Source: Ignisphaera sp.
GTDB taxonomy: Archaea; Thermoproteota; Thermoprotei_A; Sulfolobales; Ignisphaeraceae
Assembly (NCBI GenBank): GCA_038889075.1
Contig: JAWAHS010000006.1
Coordinates: forward strand, 1-64,000
DNA: 64,000 bases
Direction of reading: 5' to 3'
Notes under the pieces: model-generated
Database searches by the model: none
The model's input: only the letters and a program-made list of their open reading frames with translations
What the model was told of the DNA's origin: nothing
Translations under genes and position numbers: made by a program
Part shown: piece after piece, positions 33,192-43,745 of the stretch
How the letters are laid out: every line of letters starts with the position of its first letter
Numbering within the stretch: the stretch's first letter is position 1

Positions 33192-34868
33192 CTATTGCAC
33201 TTCCTCTTCCACCAATAAACCTTCAAATAGCATTTTGAGTGCCTCTCTACGTTTCCTCGACTCAGCTTCTTCGAATGTACCCTTAACGATAACTTCATAC
33301 AGTCTTGCTTCTTTACCTGGTAACGGTCTTAGAAGTCTACCTAGTCTCTGTATAAATTGTCTTCTAGATCCTGTTCCCGCTACTATTATCCCGACATTTG
33401 CATCCGGTATATCTATACCTTCATCACCAACTGTTGTCAGAACTAACACTCTTATGGCCCCCTGCTTAAACATCTCTAACCTCTTTTTTCTAGCATCCTC
33501 ATCAAGATCCCCAACAATGTAATATGTGGATAACTTTTCTGCAATCTTCTTAGCTTGCTCAATGTATTGTGTAAATATAAGTATTTTGCTATTATTTTCA
33601 AGTTCTTTATTCACTATCTTTATAATTGCATCAATCTTCTTTTCAGCATTATGTACCAGCGATCTTAATTCGCTTCTTACTTTTATAGCCTCTAGAGCCC
33701 CCATATCCCCCCTTCTGCTATCAGCTAATAACTGTTCAAATACTCTATTCTTTGCTAATTTTTTATATCTCTCTAAAAGATCTTTATACTTCTTCTTTTC
33801 ATCAGATGTAAGCTGTACGTACACTCGCTCAACTCTAAACGGTGCTACATAACCCTTCTCTATAAGCTCCTGAAGAGTCTTATTATATACGATTCCTCCC
33901 ATTAGCGGAAAAAGATCTGTGTGCCTTCCATCCTCTCTTATAACAGTAGCTGAAAGACCGAGCCTTATAGGAGCATACATGTTCTCAGCTATAAATCTAA
34001 ACTTATCAGCAGGTAAGTGGTGAACTTCATCAACTATTAGCATCGAAAAACCCATTGCAAGAATATCTACATATCTAAATGCCGACTGATATGTAGTTAT
34101 GGTTATTGGGGCAACTCTCTTCTCATTTCCATAAAAAAGTCCAACAATAGCGGGAGAAACATCTGTGAATTCTACTATTTTATCTCTCCATTGAAACATT
34201 TGCTCTTTCGTATATGTAACCACAAGTGTTTTGACATTAACTTCAGCCATGGCTGCTATAGCAATTACAGTTTTTCCGGTACCTGTAGGTAAGGATATGA
34301 TCCCTCTATACACATTTTTTCTCCAGGCTTCCAAAGCTTCAGTTTGGTAGTCTCGAAGAGTTCCTTTAAACGCTAATTTTAACGGAAGCTCTATTCTTTC
34401 CTCAATACCAGTTCTATTTACTACATCAATACCTCTCTTTTTAAGAGTATTAATGATGTCAAAGAGATGCATGGGTTTAGCTAGTTTGAATACCTTTGAA
34501 TTCTTATCATATATAAGTTTACCCTCTCCCCTAAGATCCTTAATGGTGTCACCTAAGAAGAAGTTTGGTACAAACACTATATCTCTTCCATAAAGCTCCA
34601 CAATTATTCTTGGTACATAGTTTTCAACGAGCCTCTTAATATCATCCATACTCCCCCTCTCAAACTCTACTTCATAGCTCATCAATACATCTAAAATATC
34701 GGATGGCTTCAACTCCGATCTTCTTAGAACTTCAGAAAGCTTATTCAAATCTATGGAGAATTTCGATTTACCTTCTTCTCTACCGAGATACCTAGAAAAC
34801 TTCAATAAAAGTTTAAAATCTTGTTCATCAATCCATTCATTAATATAAAATATGACACCAGCCGACAT
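33192..34868 (-). CDS. xpb: XPB/Rad25-like SF2 helicase
   Basis: LRDYQ, PTGTGKT, DEVHH, LSAT and QRLGRLLR. Confidence 0.88.
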   Translation of the reverse strand: MSAGVIFYINEWIDEQDFKLLLKFSRYLGREEGKSKFSIDLNKLSEVLRRSELKPSDILDVLMSYEVEFERGSMDDIKRLVENYVPRIIVELYGRDIVFVPNFFLGDTIKDLRGEGKLIYDKNSKVFKLAKPMHLFDIINTLKKRGIDVVNRTGIEERIELPLKLAFKGTLRDYQTEALEAWRKNVYRGIISLPTGTGKTVIAIAAMAEVNVKTLVVTYTKEQMFQWRDKIVEFTDVSPAIVGLFYGNEKRVAPITITTYQSAFRYVDILAMGFSMLIVDEVHHLPADKFRFIAENMYAPIRLGLSATVIREDGRHTDLFPLMGGIVYNKTLQELIEKGYVAPFRVERVYVQLTSDEKKKYKDLLERYKKLAKNRVFEQLLADSRRGDMGALEAIKVRSELRSLVHNAEKKIDAIIKIVNKELENNSKILIFTQYIEQAKKIAEKLSTYYIVGDLDEDARKKRLEMFKQGAIRVLVLTTVGDEGIDIPDANVGIIVAGTGSRRQFIQRLGRLLRPLPGKEARLYEVIVKGTFEEAESRKRREALKMLFEGLLVEEEVQ

Positions 34869-35185
34869 TTTATCTGTGCACCATAATCAAGCACTCATAG
34901 CTATGCTAGTTCTAACCCTAGACTACCAGCTACTATAGCTTTAGTTCTAAATTTAGGTTTAGAAATCTTAAAAGCTAGAAACATCTATATATCATTTACT
35001 AAATCCGTTTTCCTAAAATTTATTAAATTGAATCCAATGATTAATTTAAACACGATACACAGTTGTTAGGGTTTTCCATTAATGTGCGTAGTGAGGGTAT
35101 TCTAATCAATTTTTATTTATAGAGAGATTCTTTTTATCTAACAAGATTTTAGATACATTTATATGGAGAACTGAACTCCTAAGAT

Positions 35186-35860
35186 GTGATTGAAATGGAT
35201 GCGTGTGAGAGGCTATCCAAATATCTAGCTACATTCAAGGAGAGTTTAAAGAGTTTGAAACTCATTGATACATCTTCATCTAGAATTGTCGATCTCGCCT
35301 TAAGCTATTTCAATGATTCTAAGTACTATTTTGAAAAAGGTGATTGTATAACAGGTTTGGTAACAATATCATATGCAGAGGGCATACTCGATGCTTTAAA
35401 ATTATTGAATATGATTGAATGGCATTGGCAAAAACCTATCGAAAGGATAGTACTAGCAGCAGGTTCCTTTGATATTATTCACCCTGGCCACATTGAGTTT
35501 CTTAAATGGGCTTCCTCACTAGGCAGTAAACTGTATGTTATTGTATCAAGAGATGAAAACTATAAGAGATTTAAAGGATTCAATCCTGTCTTTAAGGAAA
35601 GCGAAAGACTGTGCATTGTTAGTTCTCTACGCTACATCTATCGAGCTCTTTTAGGTTCTATAGAGAACATCTTAAAGTCTGTAGAGGAGATAAAACCCGA
35701 TGTTATAGCTTTAGGATATGATCAGCTACTTGATATTAACTTTGATAAAGAAATTAGGATAAAGGGCTTGAATGCTAAAGTTATTAGAATGGATAGCAGA
35801 ATTGGTTCGTACTCCTCATCCAATATAAAGGATAGAATTTGTAGTGAATGGTGTAGATAA
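35186..35860 (+). CDS. DUF357-like domain fused to a RibL-like FAD synthase/nucleotidyltransferase
   Basis: N-terminal LA.SY..DSKYY...SYAEGILDA; C-terminal GSFDIIHPGH, LGYDQ and SSS.IK. Confidence 0.8.
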   Translation: MIEMDACERLSKYLATFKESLKSLKLIDTSSSRIVDLALSYFNDSKYYFEKGDCITGLVTISYAEGILDALKLLNMIEWHWQKPIERIVLAAGSFDIIHPGHIEFLKWASSLGSKLYVIVSRDENYKRFKGFNPVFKESERLCIVSSLRYIYRALLGSIENILKSVEEIKPDVIALGYDQLLDINFDKEIRIKGLNAKVIRMDSRIGSYSSSNIKDRICSEWCR

Positions 35861-35914
35861 TACCACTTTCACATTCTAAAGATAGACTTACTTTATCTTA
35901 TGTGTGAAAAGTAT

Positions 35915-37849
35915 TTAGATATTGTAAGCTAGCGTATAGGAGTCTAGAAGATTTGGAGTCAGTACCCTTACATCTCCCAATCCTAGTCTCTTTTTACTAC
36001 TTCTCTGAATTTCATTAGCAAAGCTCTGTATGGAATTCTTTTCACCATGTACAAGCATAATCGTTGATGGTTTTGGTTCTACATACCTTAAATACTCTAG
36101 TAATTGGTATCTATCTGAGTGCCCGGAAAATCCTTCTATTGCATGTACTTGCATCCTTACCCTAACTACCTCAACCTTACCCCTCTCATTTACGAATGCA
36201 ACCTCCCTAGAACCATCCTTTATCCTTCTACCTAGAGTCCCTTCAACTTGATAGCTGACAAAGACAATGCTATTATTGGGATTGGAGGCCATAAGCTTAA
36301 AGTATTCAACTGCAGGACCTCCCGTGAGCATACCCGATGTAGCTATTATTATAGCGGGCTCCGGATTCTCAACAATTTCTGTTCTAGGTTCTCTACCTTC
36401 TAACCTAACAAACGTTTCAAAATTGAATGGATTTTCACCATTTCTAAGTCTTCTCCCCAATTCTCTAGATAGTAATTCCGGATACGCTGTGTGGATTGCT
36501 GTAACCTCGTGTATCATACCCTCTATGTATACAGGTATCTTTGGAATTTTTCCTAACCTCATTGCATCAGCAAGTATTAACATTATCTCTTGAGCTCTCC
36601 CAACACTTAGGCTTGGTATCAACACTTTCCCCTTCTTTTCATAAGTACCTAGCACTATCTTCAACAGTTCATCTTCAGCTTCCTCCCGTTTAGGTTGGTC
36701 CGTGGCACCATATGTACTTTCCATAATGATTGAGTCGACTCTTGGAAACTCATGATCGGCTCTTTCCAATAGCTTTGTTCTACCAAATTTAAAGTCTCCT
36801 GTATAAACGATGTTGTGAAATCCGTTACCGATATGAAGATGCGCTATAGCAGATCCTAGTATATGACCAGCATTATAGAGTGTTAACCTTATATCAGGTG
36901 CTATATCCGTTACAATACCGTATTTCAGTGCTATTGTATGTAGAAGCATTTTCTCAACATCTCTTAATGTGAATGGAGGCTCCGTGCCCTCTCTTTCACT
37001 TATCTCTAGGAAATCCTTTAGCAGTAACACCATTAAATCTCTTGTAGCATCTGTGGTATATACAGCTCCCTTGAACCCATATTTAAATAGGTATGGTACC
37101 AAACCAGCGTGATCAAGATGTGCATGCGTAACTATGACAGCATCGATATCTTCCGGATCTATGTTAAGAAGGTCTATCCTTGGAAAGGCATTCGTTGACA
37201 TGCCCCTTCCAGGGTTTAGTCCAAAATCTAATAGTATCTTGCTCTCTGCGGTTTCTAGAAGTACAGCCGATCTACCAACCTCTTGTGCTGCTCCTAAAAA
37301 GGTAGTCCTAACATAGTTGTTGCCATCCTTAGCCAGTAGAACATCTCTGTGTATAGCCTCCCCTAACTCTCTAAGAAATTTCAATCTGTAGCTACTCTCA
37401 GCAAGATATCCCATCATAATCTCTTCATATATCTTAGATCTCATTGGTGGCGAACGTATTATTCTAGGCCTCCAGCCGGTTGATACAAGAATCTGGTTAG
37501 CTTTATCCTCTATTAACTGTGGATTCCTAGCCTTGATAACAACTTCTCCTAGAACATCATCGATTTCTATAGATTCGATACCTGCTTCGGGTATTGCTAA
37601 GCTTTTAATATACTCCTTAACCTCCTCACTAGGTTTTCTAACAGAAGGATCTGTTCTTATAACTATACGCTTCTTTATGGTCTTGGCGATCTGGGATACT
37701 ACATCTCCTTGCTGTAGGAGAAACTCAGGGTTTTTCACATAGACAGCTATCTCCGGCCCTTCAAATTCTAGTCTGGTTAGCTGCGCTGATGGTGGCATCA
37801 TTTTAAATATTACAGATCTTATGTATGAGAGATCTATGTTGAAGCTCAT
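35915..37849 (-). CDS. fttA: beta-CASP ribonuclease aCPSF1 (FttA)
   Basis: KH-like N-terminus (FEGPEI), THAHLDH, AGHILGS and GFSGHSD. Confidence 0.95.
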   Translation of the reverse strand: MSFNIDLSYIRSVIFKMMPPSAQLTRLEFEGPEIAVYVKNPEFLLQQGDVVSQIAKTIKKRIVIRTDPSVRKPSEEVKEYIKSLAIPEAGIESIEIDDVLGEVVIKARNPQLIEDKANQILVSTGWRPRIIRSPPMRSKIYEEIMMGYLAESSYRLKFLRELGEAIHRDVLLAKDGNNYVRTTFLGAAQEVGRSAVLLETAESKILLDFGLNPGRGMSTNAFPRIDLLNIDPEDIDAVIVTHAHLDHAGLVPYLFKYGFKGAVYTTDATRDLMVLLLKDFLEISEREGTEPPFTLRDVEKMLLHTIALKYGIVTDIAPDIRLTLYNAGHILGSAIAHLHIGNGFHNIVYTGDFKFGRTKLLERADHEFPRVDSIIMESTYGATDQPKREEAEDELLKIVLGTYEKKGKVLIPSLSVGRAQEIMLILADAMRLGKIPKIPVYIEGMIHEVTAIHTAYPELLSRELGRRLRNGENPFNFETFVRLEGREPRTEIVENPEPAIIIATSGMLTGGPAVEYFKLMASNPNNSIVFVSYQVEGTLGRRIKDGSREVAFVNERGKVEVVRVRMQVHAIEGFSGHSDRYQLLEYLRYVEPKPSTIMLVHGEKNSIQSFANEIQRSSKKRLGLGDVRVLTPNLLDSYTLAYNI

Positions 37850-38556
37850 AGTTGGACTCTACCGAGGATTTTCTTAACCTCATCTCCTTGGAACGTGTAT
37901 TCATTAAATGTATTTCTACCTATAACAATAACATCTACACCTGTACCGCCACTAAATACATCCCTTACCGATGCAGCAGCAACAGCTTTTACAGCAAGTT
38001 TTACAGCTCCATCAATAGACATCTCTGGATCGTATTCAGATTCTATAATACCCATAGCTATTGGCGATCCAGATCCTGTAGCAGCATATTTTTCCTCAGT
38101 TACATCACCGTATGGCTCTATGGCAAACAGCTTTGCACCTTCATAATAATCATAGCCTCCAAGTATAAGCTGTACAATAAATGGAAAGTATTTGTACTCA
38201 TTTAGTACGAGACTCAGTAGGTAGGCTATGCTTCTAAGACCCATCGGCCTACCATTTATCAATTGATAGTACTGTGCCTCTGCCCTTATATAGTCCGCCA
38301 ACGACTGTGCATCTGCAACAAGGCCCGCTATTGTTAATGCAAATCTATCTGTTATCTTTATGATTTTCCTAACGTTCTTGTGAGCAACATATATACCTGC
38401 AGTAGCTTTTTTATCAGCTGCTAGTACTACATGCTCTTTCAATGCCATACCTACTGTTGTTGTTCCCCTGTAAGCTTTCTCTAAAGCCTTTGCTATTCTA
38501 TCCAGACCATCCTCTCTATTCCCTGGTAAATTAGCTGTATATGAATGAATAGGCAT
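37846..38556 (-). CDS. psmB: proteasome beta subunit
   Basis: Propeptide then G/TTTVG; ATGSGS. Confidence 0.95.
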   Translation of the reverse strand: MPIHSYTANLPGNREDGLDRIAKALEKAYRGTTTVGMALKEHVVLAADKKATAGIYVAHKNVRKIIKITDRFALTIAGLVADAQSLADYIRAEAQYYQLINGRPMGLRSIAYLLSLVLNEYKYFPFIVQLILGGYDYYEGAKLFAIEPYGDVTEEKYAATGSGSPIAMGIIESEYDPEMSIDGAVKLAVKAVAAASVRDVFSGGTGVDVIVIGRNTFNEYTFQGDEVKKILGRVQL

Positions 38557-38653
38557 AGTTTGGCTGCACCATTCAGAAACCTTTCTAGATGCATACTGTT
38601 GTGTAAGCTTAATAAACTTCTATGCTGTGAATTAATGATATAGCTGTACACGT

Positions 38654-39724
38654 GTGTGTAACATGGATACTAGTATCCATAGAATCGATCTACCTAAACG
38701 TATTATTATAGGTGGTGATATTCTACATGAAATTCCGAGCCATATACTCGATCTTAATCTTGGCAAGAGAATACTCATTGTTAGTGGATACGGAGCTACA
38801 AAGAACTATGCCAACATGGTTAGGGATTACTTAGTCGATAGTAGATTAGAATGCTGGATCGTATCCATAGCTAGAACATCCATAGAGGAGATAACTAAAG
38901 TTTCAAATATATCTAAAGAGATAGGTGCAGAAATTCTCATAGGTGTTGGTGGTGGTAAAGCCATTGATGTAGCTAAATATGTTGCTTCGAATAATCATAT
39001 GAAATTTGTCAGCATTCCTACAACACCATCCCACGATGGTATTGCCTCTCCCTTCGCATCAATAAGGAACCTAGATAGACCTACATCGATCAAAGCAGCT
39101 ACACCAGCGATCGTCATGGCTGATATCAGTATTATTTCCAAAGCACCGAGAAGAAATATTATTGCTGGATGCTGTGACCTAATAGGAAAGTTCTCATCTA
39201 TTCTTGATTGGAGACTTGCCCATAGACTTAAGGGTGAGTACTACGGCGAATATGCCGCCTCTTTAGCACTCCTATCGGCTAAACATATTGTGAAGTATAG
39301 TGAATGGTTTGCAGCAAAGGATATCCCGGTGGAAGCTATCAGAGTACTTGTTGAAGCTCTTATAAGTAGTGGAATAGCCATGGCTATAGCAGGGTCGACC
39401 AGACCTGCGAGCGGTTCTGAACATCTAATAGCACACGCAATAGATGTTATAGCAAACTACCCTGCACTTCACGGTGAAGAGGTTGGTATAGGCTCCATAA
39501 TTGCTCTCTATCTACACGGAAAAAACTGGAGGAAAATTAGAGACATACTTAGAATAATTGGCGCACCAACTAAGGCAAGGGAAATAGGTATAGATAGGGA
39601 ACAGCTAATAAAAGCTTTAACCATCGCACATACAATAAGGCCAGAGAGGTATACAATACTAGGTGAAATGGGGATTAGTAATGAAGCTGCTGAGAAAATC
39701 GTCCAGATACTCGAACTCTGCTGA
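38654..39724 (+). CDS. egsA: glycerol-1-phosphate dehydrogenase
   Basis: GGGKAID, SHDGIASP, RPASGSEH and LHGE. Confidence 0.95.
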   Translation: MCNMDTSIHRIDLPKRIIIGGDILHEIPSHILDLNLGKRILIVSGYGATKNYANMVRDYLVDSRLECWIVSIARTSIEEITKVSNISKEIGAEILIGVGGGKAIDVAKYVASNNHMKFVSIPTTPSHDGIASPFASIRNLDRPTSIKAATPAIVMADISIISKAPRRNIIAGCCDLIGKFSSILDWRLAHRLKGEYYGEYAASLALLSAKHIVKYSEWFAAKDIPVEAIRVLVEALISSGIAMAIAGSTRPASGSEHLIAHAIDVIANYPALHGEEVGIGSIIALYLHGKNWRKIRDILRIIGAPTKAREIGIDREQLIKALTIAHTIRPERYTILGEMGISNEAAEKIVQILELC

Positions 39725-39847
39725 GCAGTATATGAATCGACAAAATAACTATGGTACACATATCAATAATGTGCAGAAATACCCAGGATCAAAACTGTTT
39801 AAAACGTTGGAGAAGTAAAAGCATATACCGTAGATAGGTTACATGCC

Positions 39848-40966
39848 ATGAAGATCTTGATTAAAGATTCCTCTATATTGACTATGGATAGTAAGAGACT
39901 ATTTATAGATAGAGGCTATGTCTATATAGATCGAGATAGAATAGTAGCTGTAGGTGAGGGTGAACCTCAGCCTGAATTTGAATTCGCTGACTACATTATA
40001 AATGATAGATTTACCGTATTGCTTCCTGGATTTACAGTTGGATTAGGGGATATAATCAGCTACTTATTTAGATTCATTGAAAATCCCATGGATACTAGAG
40101 GGATTATAGATACGCTTAGTAAGGGCGATTTGAATGCCTTAATCGAGGTTGCACTAACATCCCTAGTAGCAAATGGTGCTACATCGATTATAACCCTTCT
40201 ACATAATACGGATCCAAAAATACTTTCTGCCATAGTCTCTGCAGCATCATCTAATTGGATACGAACACGGATCGTACTACTAGATAGCAGTATTGACCTT
40301 GATAGCATAGAAAATGATATTCGAAATGCTTTAAAGAGTTCTAGGGATCCTGAAGCTGTATCAAGAAATATTATATCGTTCGGATTATACATCAAAAACG
40401 AATCTGTAATTAAGAAAATAGCCAGCATTATAAATTCCACCATATCTATATATGTGGATTCCGCTATCCAACAGACGTTGTATGAGACTTTTCCAGACTT
40501 CGAAAATAAACACGTCATTGTAGTCAATCCTACCACTGCCTATACGAAATGCATCTTTAGTGAAATAGAGCTTTGGAAGTACAATTGTGGTATTTCACCA
40601 TACAATCCAATACTCCTTAATCCTAAAAGACTACTACAGAGGTTGTACCACATTATAAATGATGAAGAGAAAAGTATTGCTATACTCTCATCACTTAACC
40701 CGGCTAATCACGGTATGGGCTCAGGTGTTATTAAAGAGAACACGCTTGCTGATGTAATCATTCTCGACTTTAGCGAACCTCCATACGGACCCATTCCCAT
40801 GACAAGAAGAGCTATAGCAAGCGAAATGATTAATGCTAGTTTTCTAGTTAAGACAGTTATCATAGGAGGTGAAATAGTTTTGGATAACGGTGTTCTTTTA
40901 ACAATAGGTAGAGAATCTATAGTAAGAGTTCAAAATCTTCTAAAAGAATTTGAATCTACTATATAA
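39848..40966 (+). CDS. degenerate amidohydrolase-fold protein
   Basis: Conserved N- and C-terminal beta-sandwich (RIVAVG, LLPGF, G.IKE..LADVII, VKTVIIGG) but no HxH. Confidence 0.65.
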   Translation: MKILIKDSSILTMDSKRLFIDRGYVYIDRDRIVAVGEGEPQPEFEFADYIINDRFTVLLPGFTVGLGDIISYLFRFIENPMDTRGIIDTLSKGDLNALIEVALTSLVANGATSIITLLHNTDPKILSAIVSAASSNWIRTRIVLLDSSIDLDSIENDIRNALKSSRDPEAVSRNIISFGLYIKNESVIKKIASIINSTISIYVDSAIQQTLYETFPDFENKHVIVVNPTTAYTKCIFSEIELWKYNCGISPYNPILLNPKRLLQRLYHIINDEEKSIAILSSLNPANHGMGSGVIKENTLADVIILDFSEPPYGPIPMTRRAIASEMINASFLVKTVIIGGEIVLDNGVLLTIGRESIVRVQNLLKEFESTI

Positions 40967-41043
40967 ATATTCCAAAATTGAATTACTTCATTGGATTCAC
41001 AGCCTAAGTTTACTTCTTTGCCATACATAAGTATGGTGTAACC

Positions 41044-41517
41044 TTGTCCAGCGATACTACTACATTCTGCATATACAAGATATGTTTAGATACACATCAG
41101 GTATATAGACTACTATCTACTATTGCAGCACTCTATAGAGAGAAGTTGTATGAATACAATAGTATGATAAAGGATACAGGCTACTATCTAAAACCCTTTC
41201 ACATCGTTACTAAAAAGTATGGAAATAAGATAAAAACGTACTACTATTATGGCAGATACTGGTATAGACTTTCTGCACAGGGTTCTAGGTTAAAATGGTA
41301 CTATGTTGGTAGCAGAAAGCCTTTACAGAATTTACCGGATCCTCCTATTAATCCTCTTATTCTCATTAAGATTGTTAGTAGTGGTGATGAAAACTGCCTA
41401 TGCTTATTGGAATATCATAAAGGTGATTTAGAGATGGTACTCGGGTATCTAAAGAGAGCTTTACCTCTATCAGAGATCGATGGAGATCCCAGTAAAGTTT
41501 TGCCGATCTCTCTATAA
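41044..41517 (+). CDS. hypothetical Tyr/Trp/Lys-rich protein
   Basis: YYYYGRYWYR and KWYYVG; upstream of priL. Confidence 0.7.
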   Translation: MSSDTTTFCIYKICLDTHQVYRLLSTIAALYREKLYEYNSMIKDTGYYLKPFHIVTKKYGNKIKTYYYYGRYWYRLSAQGSRLKWYYVGSRKPLQNLPDPPINPLILIKIVSSGDENCLCLLEYHKGDLEMVLGYLKRALPLSEIDGDPSKVLPISL

Positions 41518-41558
41518 AATTTGCTAGCATAGATAAATAGTATGGGGTTGTGTAAGTT

Positions 41559-42737
41559 ATGGAGCATCTGATAAAGATGTTTCTTGCTGGTGAGAACTGT
41601 AGCGATCTCTATAGTGCTCTCTTAAATGATAGCATTCTAGCTGATTTTATTAGAGTGTGTAGAAATGCTAGCTGTAGAAACGCCCTTGAATTCTTTCTTC
41701 AAAAAGATAGCGAGAGTATGGCTAGCATCATTACAGTAGATTCCTATCTTAGGCTTTCTCCACTTGCACTAATCATCAGTATTCATTTCGGTAATCCATA
41801 TATAAATAGATTTGCATATAGGTTCTCTAAACTTTATGTAGATTACTATCTCGCATCTCTTAGTGAAGTTGAATTTATTAAAATAATTAGAGGTTTGGGA
41901 TTGGAGGTTGAGAAATCTGATGGATGTTTTAGTGAAGCTGATCTATACATAAATAGAAATAATGCTATCGTTAGGATATGCTATAGGTATAGAATACCCT
42001 TTACATCATATCTTAAAGCAGTTCGAAGCCTTTCATCAACAGAAGTTGTATGGAGTTTATCTATGATGCTCTTACAAAGGGGTTTTGTTCTTATTGAGAA
42101 TCGTGAGAAAGTTGCTAGAATTGCTATGGAATATTTAAGGAATCTTATAAGTAATAGAATTAGATCTATTCATACATCATGTAGCGATAGTAAGCTACTT
42201 CTTCAAAAATTTGTTGATAAGCTCTATTCATTTGACCAGAATCTGGCCAATGATATAAGGGATTTTGTTAAGCTTTTAGAATCAGAGACTCTACAGATCA
42301 GTAACTCGATTTCAACCTCTAAGGAAAAGACTCTAGAGATGAAAATCAATCTATCTGAGGCTTTAAAAGATGCAAAAAGTCTTCTACTATTCTCCGAGAA
42401 TTTCTTTCCACCATGTATGCAAGTTATATTAAGGTCATTAACCTCTGGTGAAAACCTAACTCATCATCAAAGGTTTGCCTTGGCCACTTTCTTAATAAAT
42501 CTAGATATCGATATCAATGAATTGCTGCAGATCTTCAGATCTAGTCCTGATTTTAATGAGAGAATAACTAGATACCAGTTGGAGCATTTAGCAGGTTTGC
42601 GAGGTTCGAAAAGACGTTACCTACCCTATAGTTGTTCAACCATGAAGACTCTAAATATGTGTAATAGTGAATGCGGTGTCAAAAACCCTCTTCAATACAC
42701 CTATCATAAACTCGGACTAAGACCCTTTCCTCACTAA
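41559..42737 (+). CDS. priL: DNA primase large subunit
   Basis: FPPCM, H..RF.LATFL, PDFNERITRYQ.EH and C-terminal Fe-S cysteines. Confidence 0.92.
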   Translation: MEHLIKMFLAGENCSDLYSALLNDSILADFIRVCRNASCRNALEFFLQKDSESMASIITVDSYLRLSPLALIISIHFGNPYINRFAYRFSKLYVDYYLASLSEVEFIKIIRGLGLEVEKSDGCFSEADLYINRNNAIVRICYRYRIPFTSYLKAVRSLSSTEVVWSLSMMLLQRGFVLIENREKVARIAMEYLRNLISNRIRSIHTSCSDSKLLLQKFVDKLYSFDQNLANDIRDFVKLLESETLQISNSISTSKEKTLEMKINLSEALKDAKSLLLFSENFFPPCMQVILRSLTSGENLTHHQRFALATFLINLDIDINELLQIFRSSPDFNERITRYQLEHLAGLRGSKRRYLPYSCSTMKTLNMCNSECGVKNPLQYTYHKLGLRPFPH

Positions 42738-42868
42738 CAATCCTCTACATTAATTTGGATAGCACATTTTCATTCATAGTACCATAGCTTTTCGAACTTG
42801 AAATTGCATCCACAACCTATTGATGAGGTAGTGTTTAGAAATTCGGATAGTTTCTGCTGGAACAAGCT

Positions 42869-43516
42869 TTACTGAGAGATCGATATGGCCTTCGGTACTA
42901 TCGATTTCAATTCAATTAATTTTTTGTTTATGAACTCCATCCTGGTTCTGATTAATGTTAAAAGTCTTTTTATATGCATTTTACTTAGTGAAGTTTCCTT
43001 AGCTATTCTACTCATATCTATATTGCTATCTAAAATCATGTGCTTCAATATTATGGCTAAAGCTACCTTTCCTCTTAGAGTTCTTGAAGATAGTACTGGG
43101 TCTTGCTCTATAATTTCTTCAATTATTATCCTTACTAGTCGATCCATATCCACCGCCCTCTTTATAGAATCTTCAGCAACATGCTTGTATATCCTAGACT
43201 TATCGCCTTGCAATCTCTTTTGTAAGGCATCCCAATCAACATATACACCTCTTCTGCTCTTCTTAGCAAAATTTTCATATATTTTTACATCCCTACGGAC
43301 CTTGGCTAATTGCCTTAGCCTATTTTTAGCTAATTTCCTCTCAAATCCTTCACGAACTGTTGGAAGACCTTTGAATTTGAATATTTCACCATCCTTAACC
43401 GGTATGTAGTGTTCCATAAATATATCATCATTAATGGTACCACAATTACTGCAGACAATATACCCATGCATGTAATCGTACAGTAGATTCTGAGAGCCAC
43501 AGTATATGCATTCCAT
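42869..43516 (-). CDS. TFIIB-type zinc-ribbon protein (truncated TFB-like)
   Basis: CIYCGS...G.IVCSNCG; 215 aa; C-terminal HTH-like segment. Confidence 0.7.
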   Translation of the reverse strand: MECIYCGSQNLLYDYMHGYIVCSNCGTINDDIFMEHYIPVKDGEIFKFKGLPTVREGFERKLAKNRLRQLAKVRRDVKIYENFAKKSRRGVYVDWDALQKRLQGDKSRIYKHVAEDSIKRAVDMDRLVRIIIEEIIEQDPVLSSRTLRGKVALAIILKHMILDSNIDMSRIAKETSLSKMHIKRLLTLIRTRMEFINKKLIELKSIVPKAISISQ

Positions 43517-43624
43517 ATTTGATCACGAGAAGGCTACTCGCTCCCCAATTTATATAGATGTATGTAAAACTATGTAGCTAGTCTCTGTGAGAGTAGCCCG
43601 AAACTATACACAGATATAGAAAGT

Positions 43625-43678
43625 TATCAGTACTCATATACCTCATCATAACCAGCAGTGGGAGACCTTTCATCATCT
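43625..43678 (-). ncRNA. box C/D sRNA
   Basis: Minus strand: C atgatga, D'-like ctgg, C' atgatga, guide ggtatatgagta, D ctga. Confidence 0.75.
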
Positions 43679-43745
43679 AAATGAAACTATTGGCTATAAC
43701 TACTTAAAAATTTTGAAGTCTATAAACTGGTACTGGGGATTACCA

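Noticed and set aside
42820-42875. ttgatga…ctga at C/D-like spacing
   Set aside because: No convincing internal D'/C' boxes; the D box overlaps a CDS end antisense.
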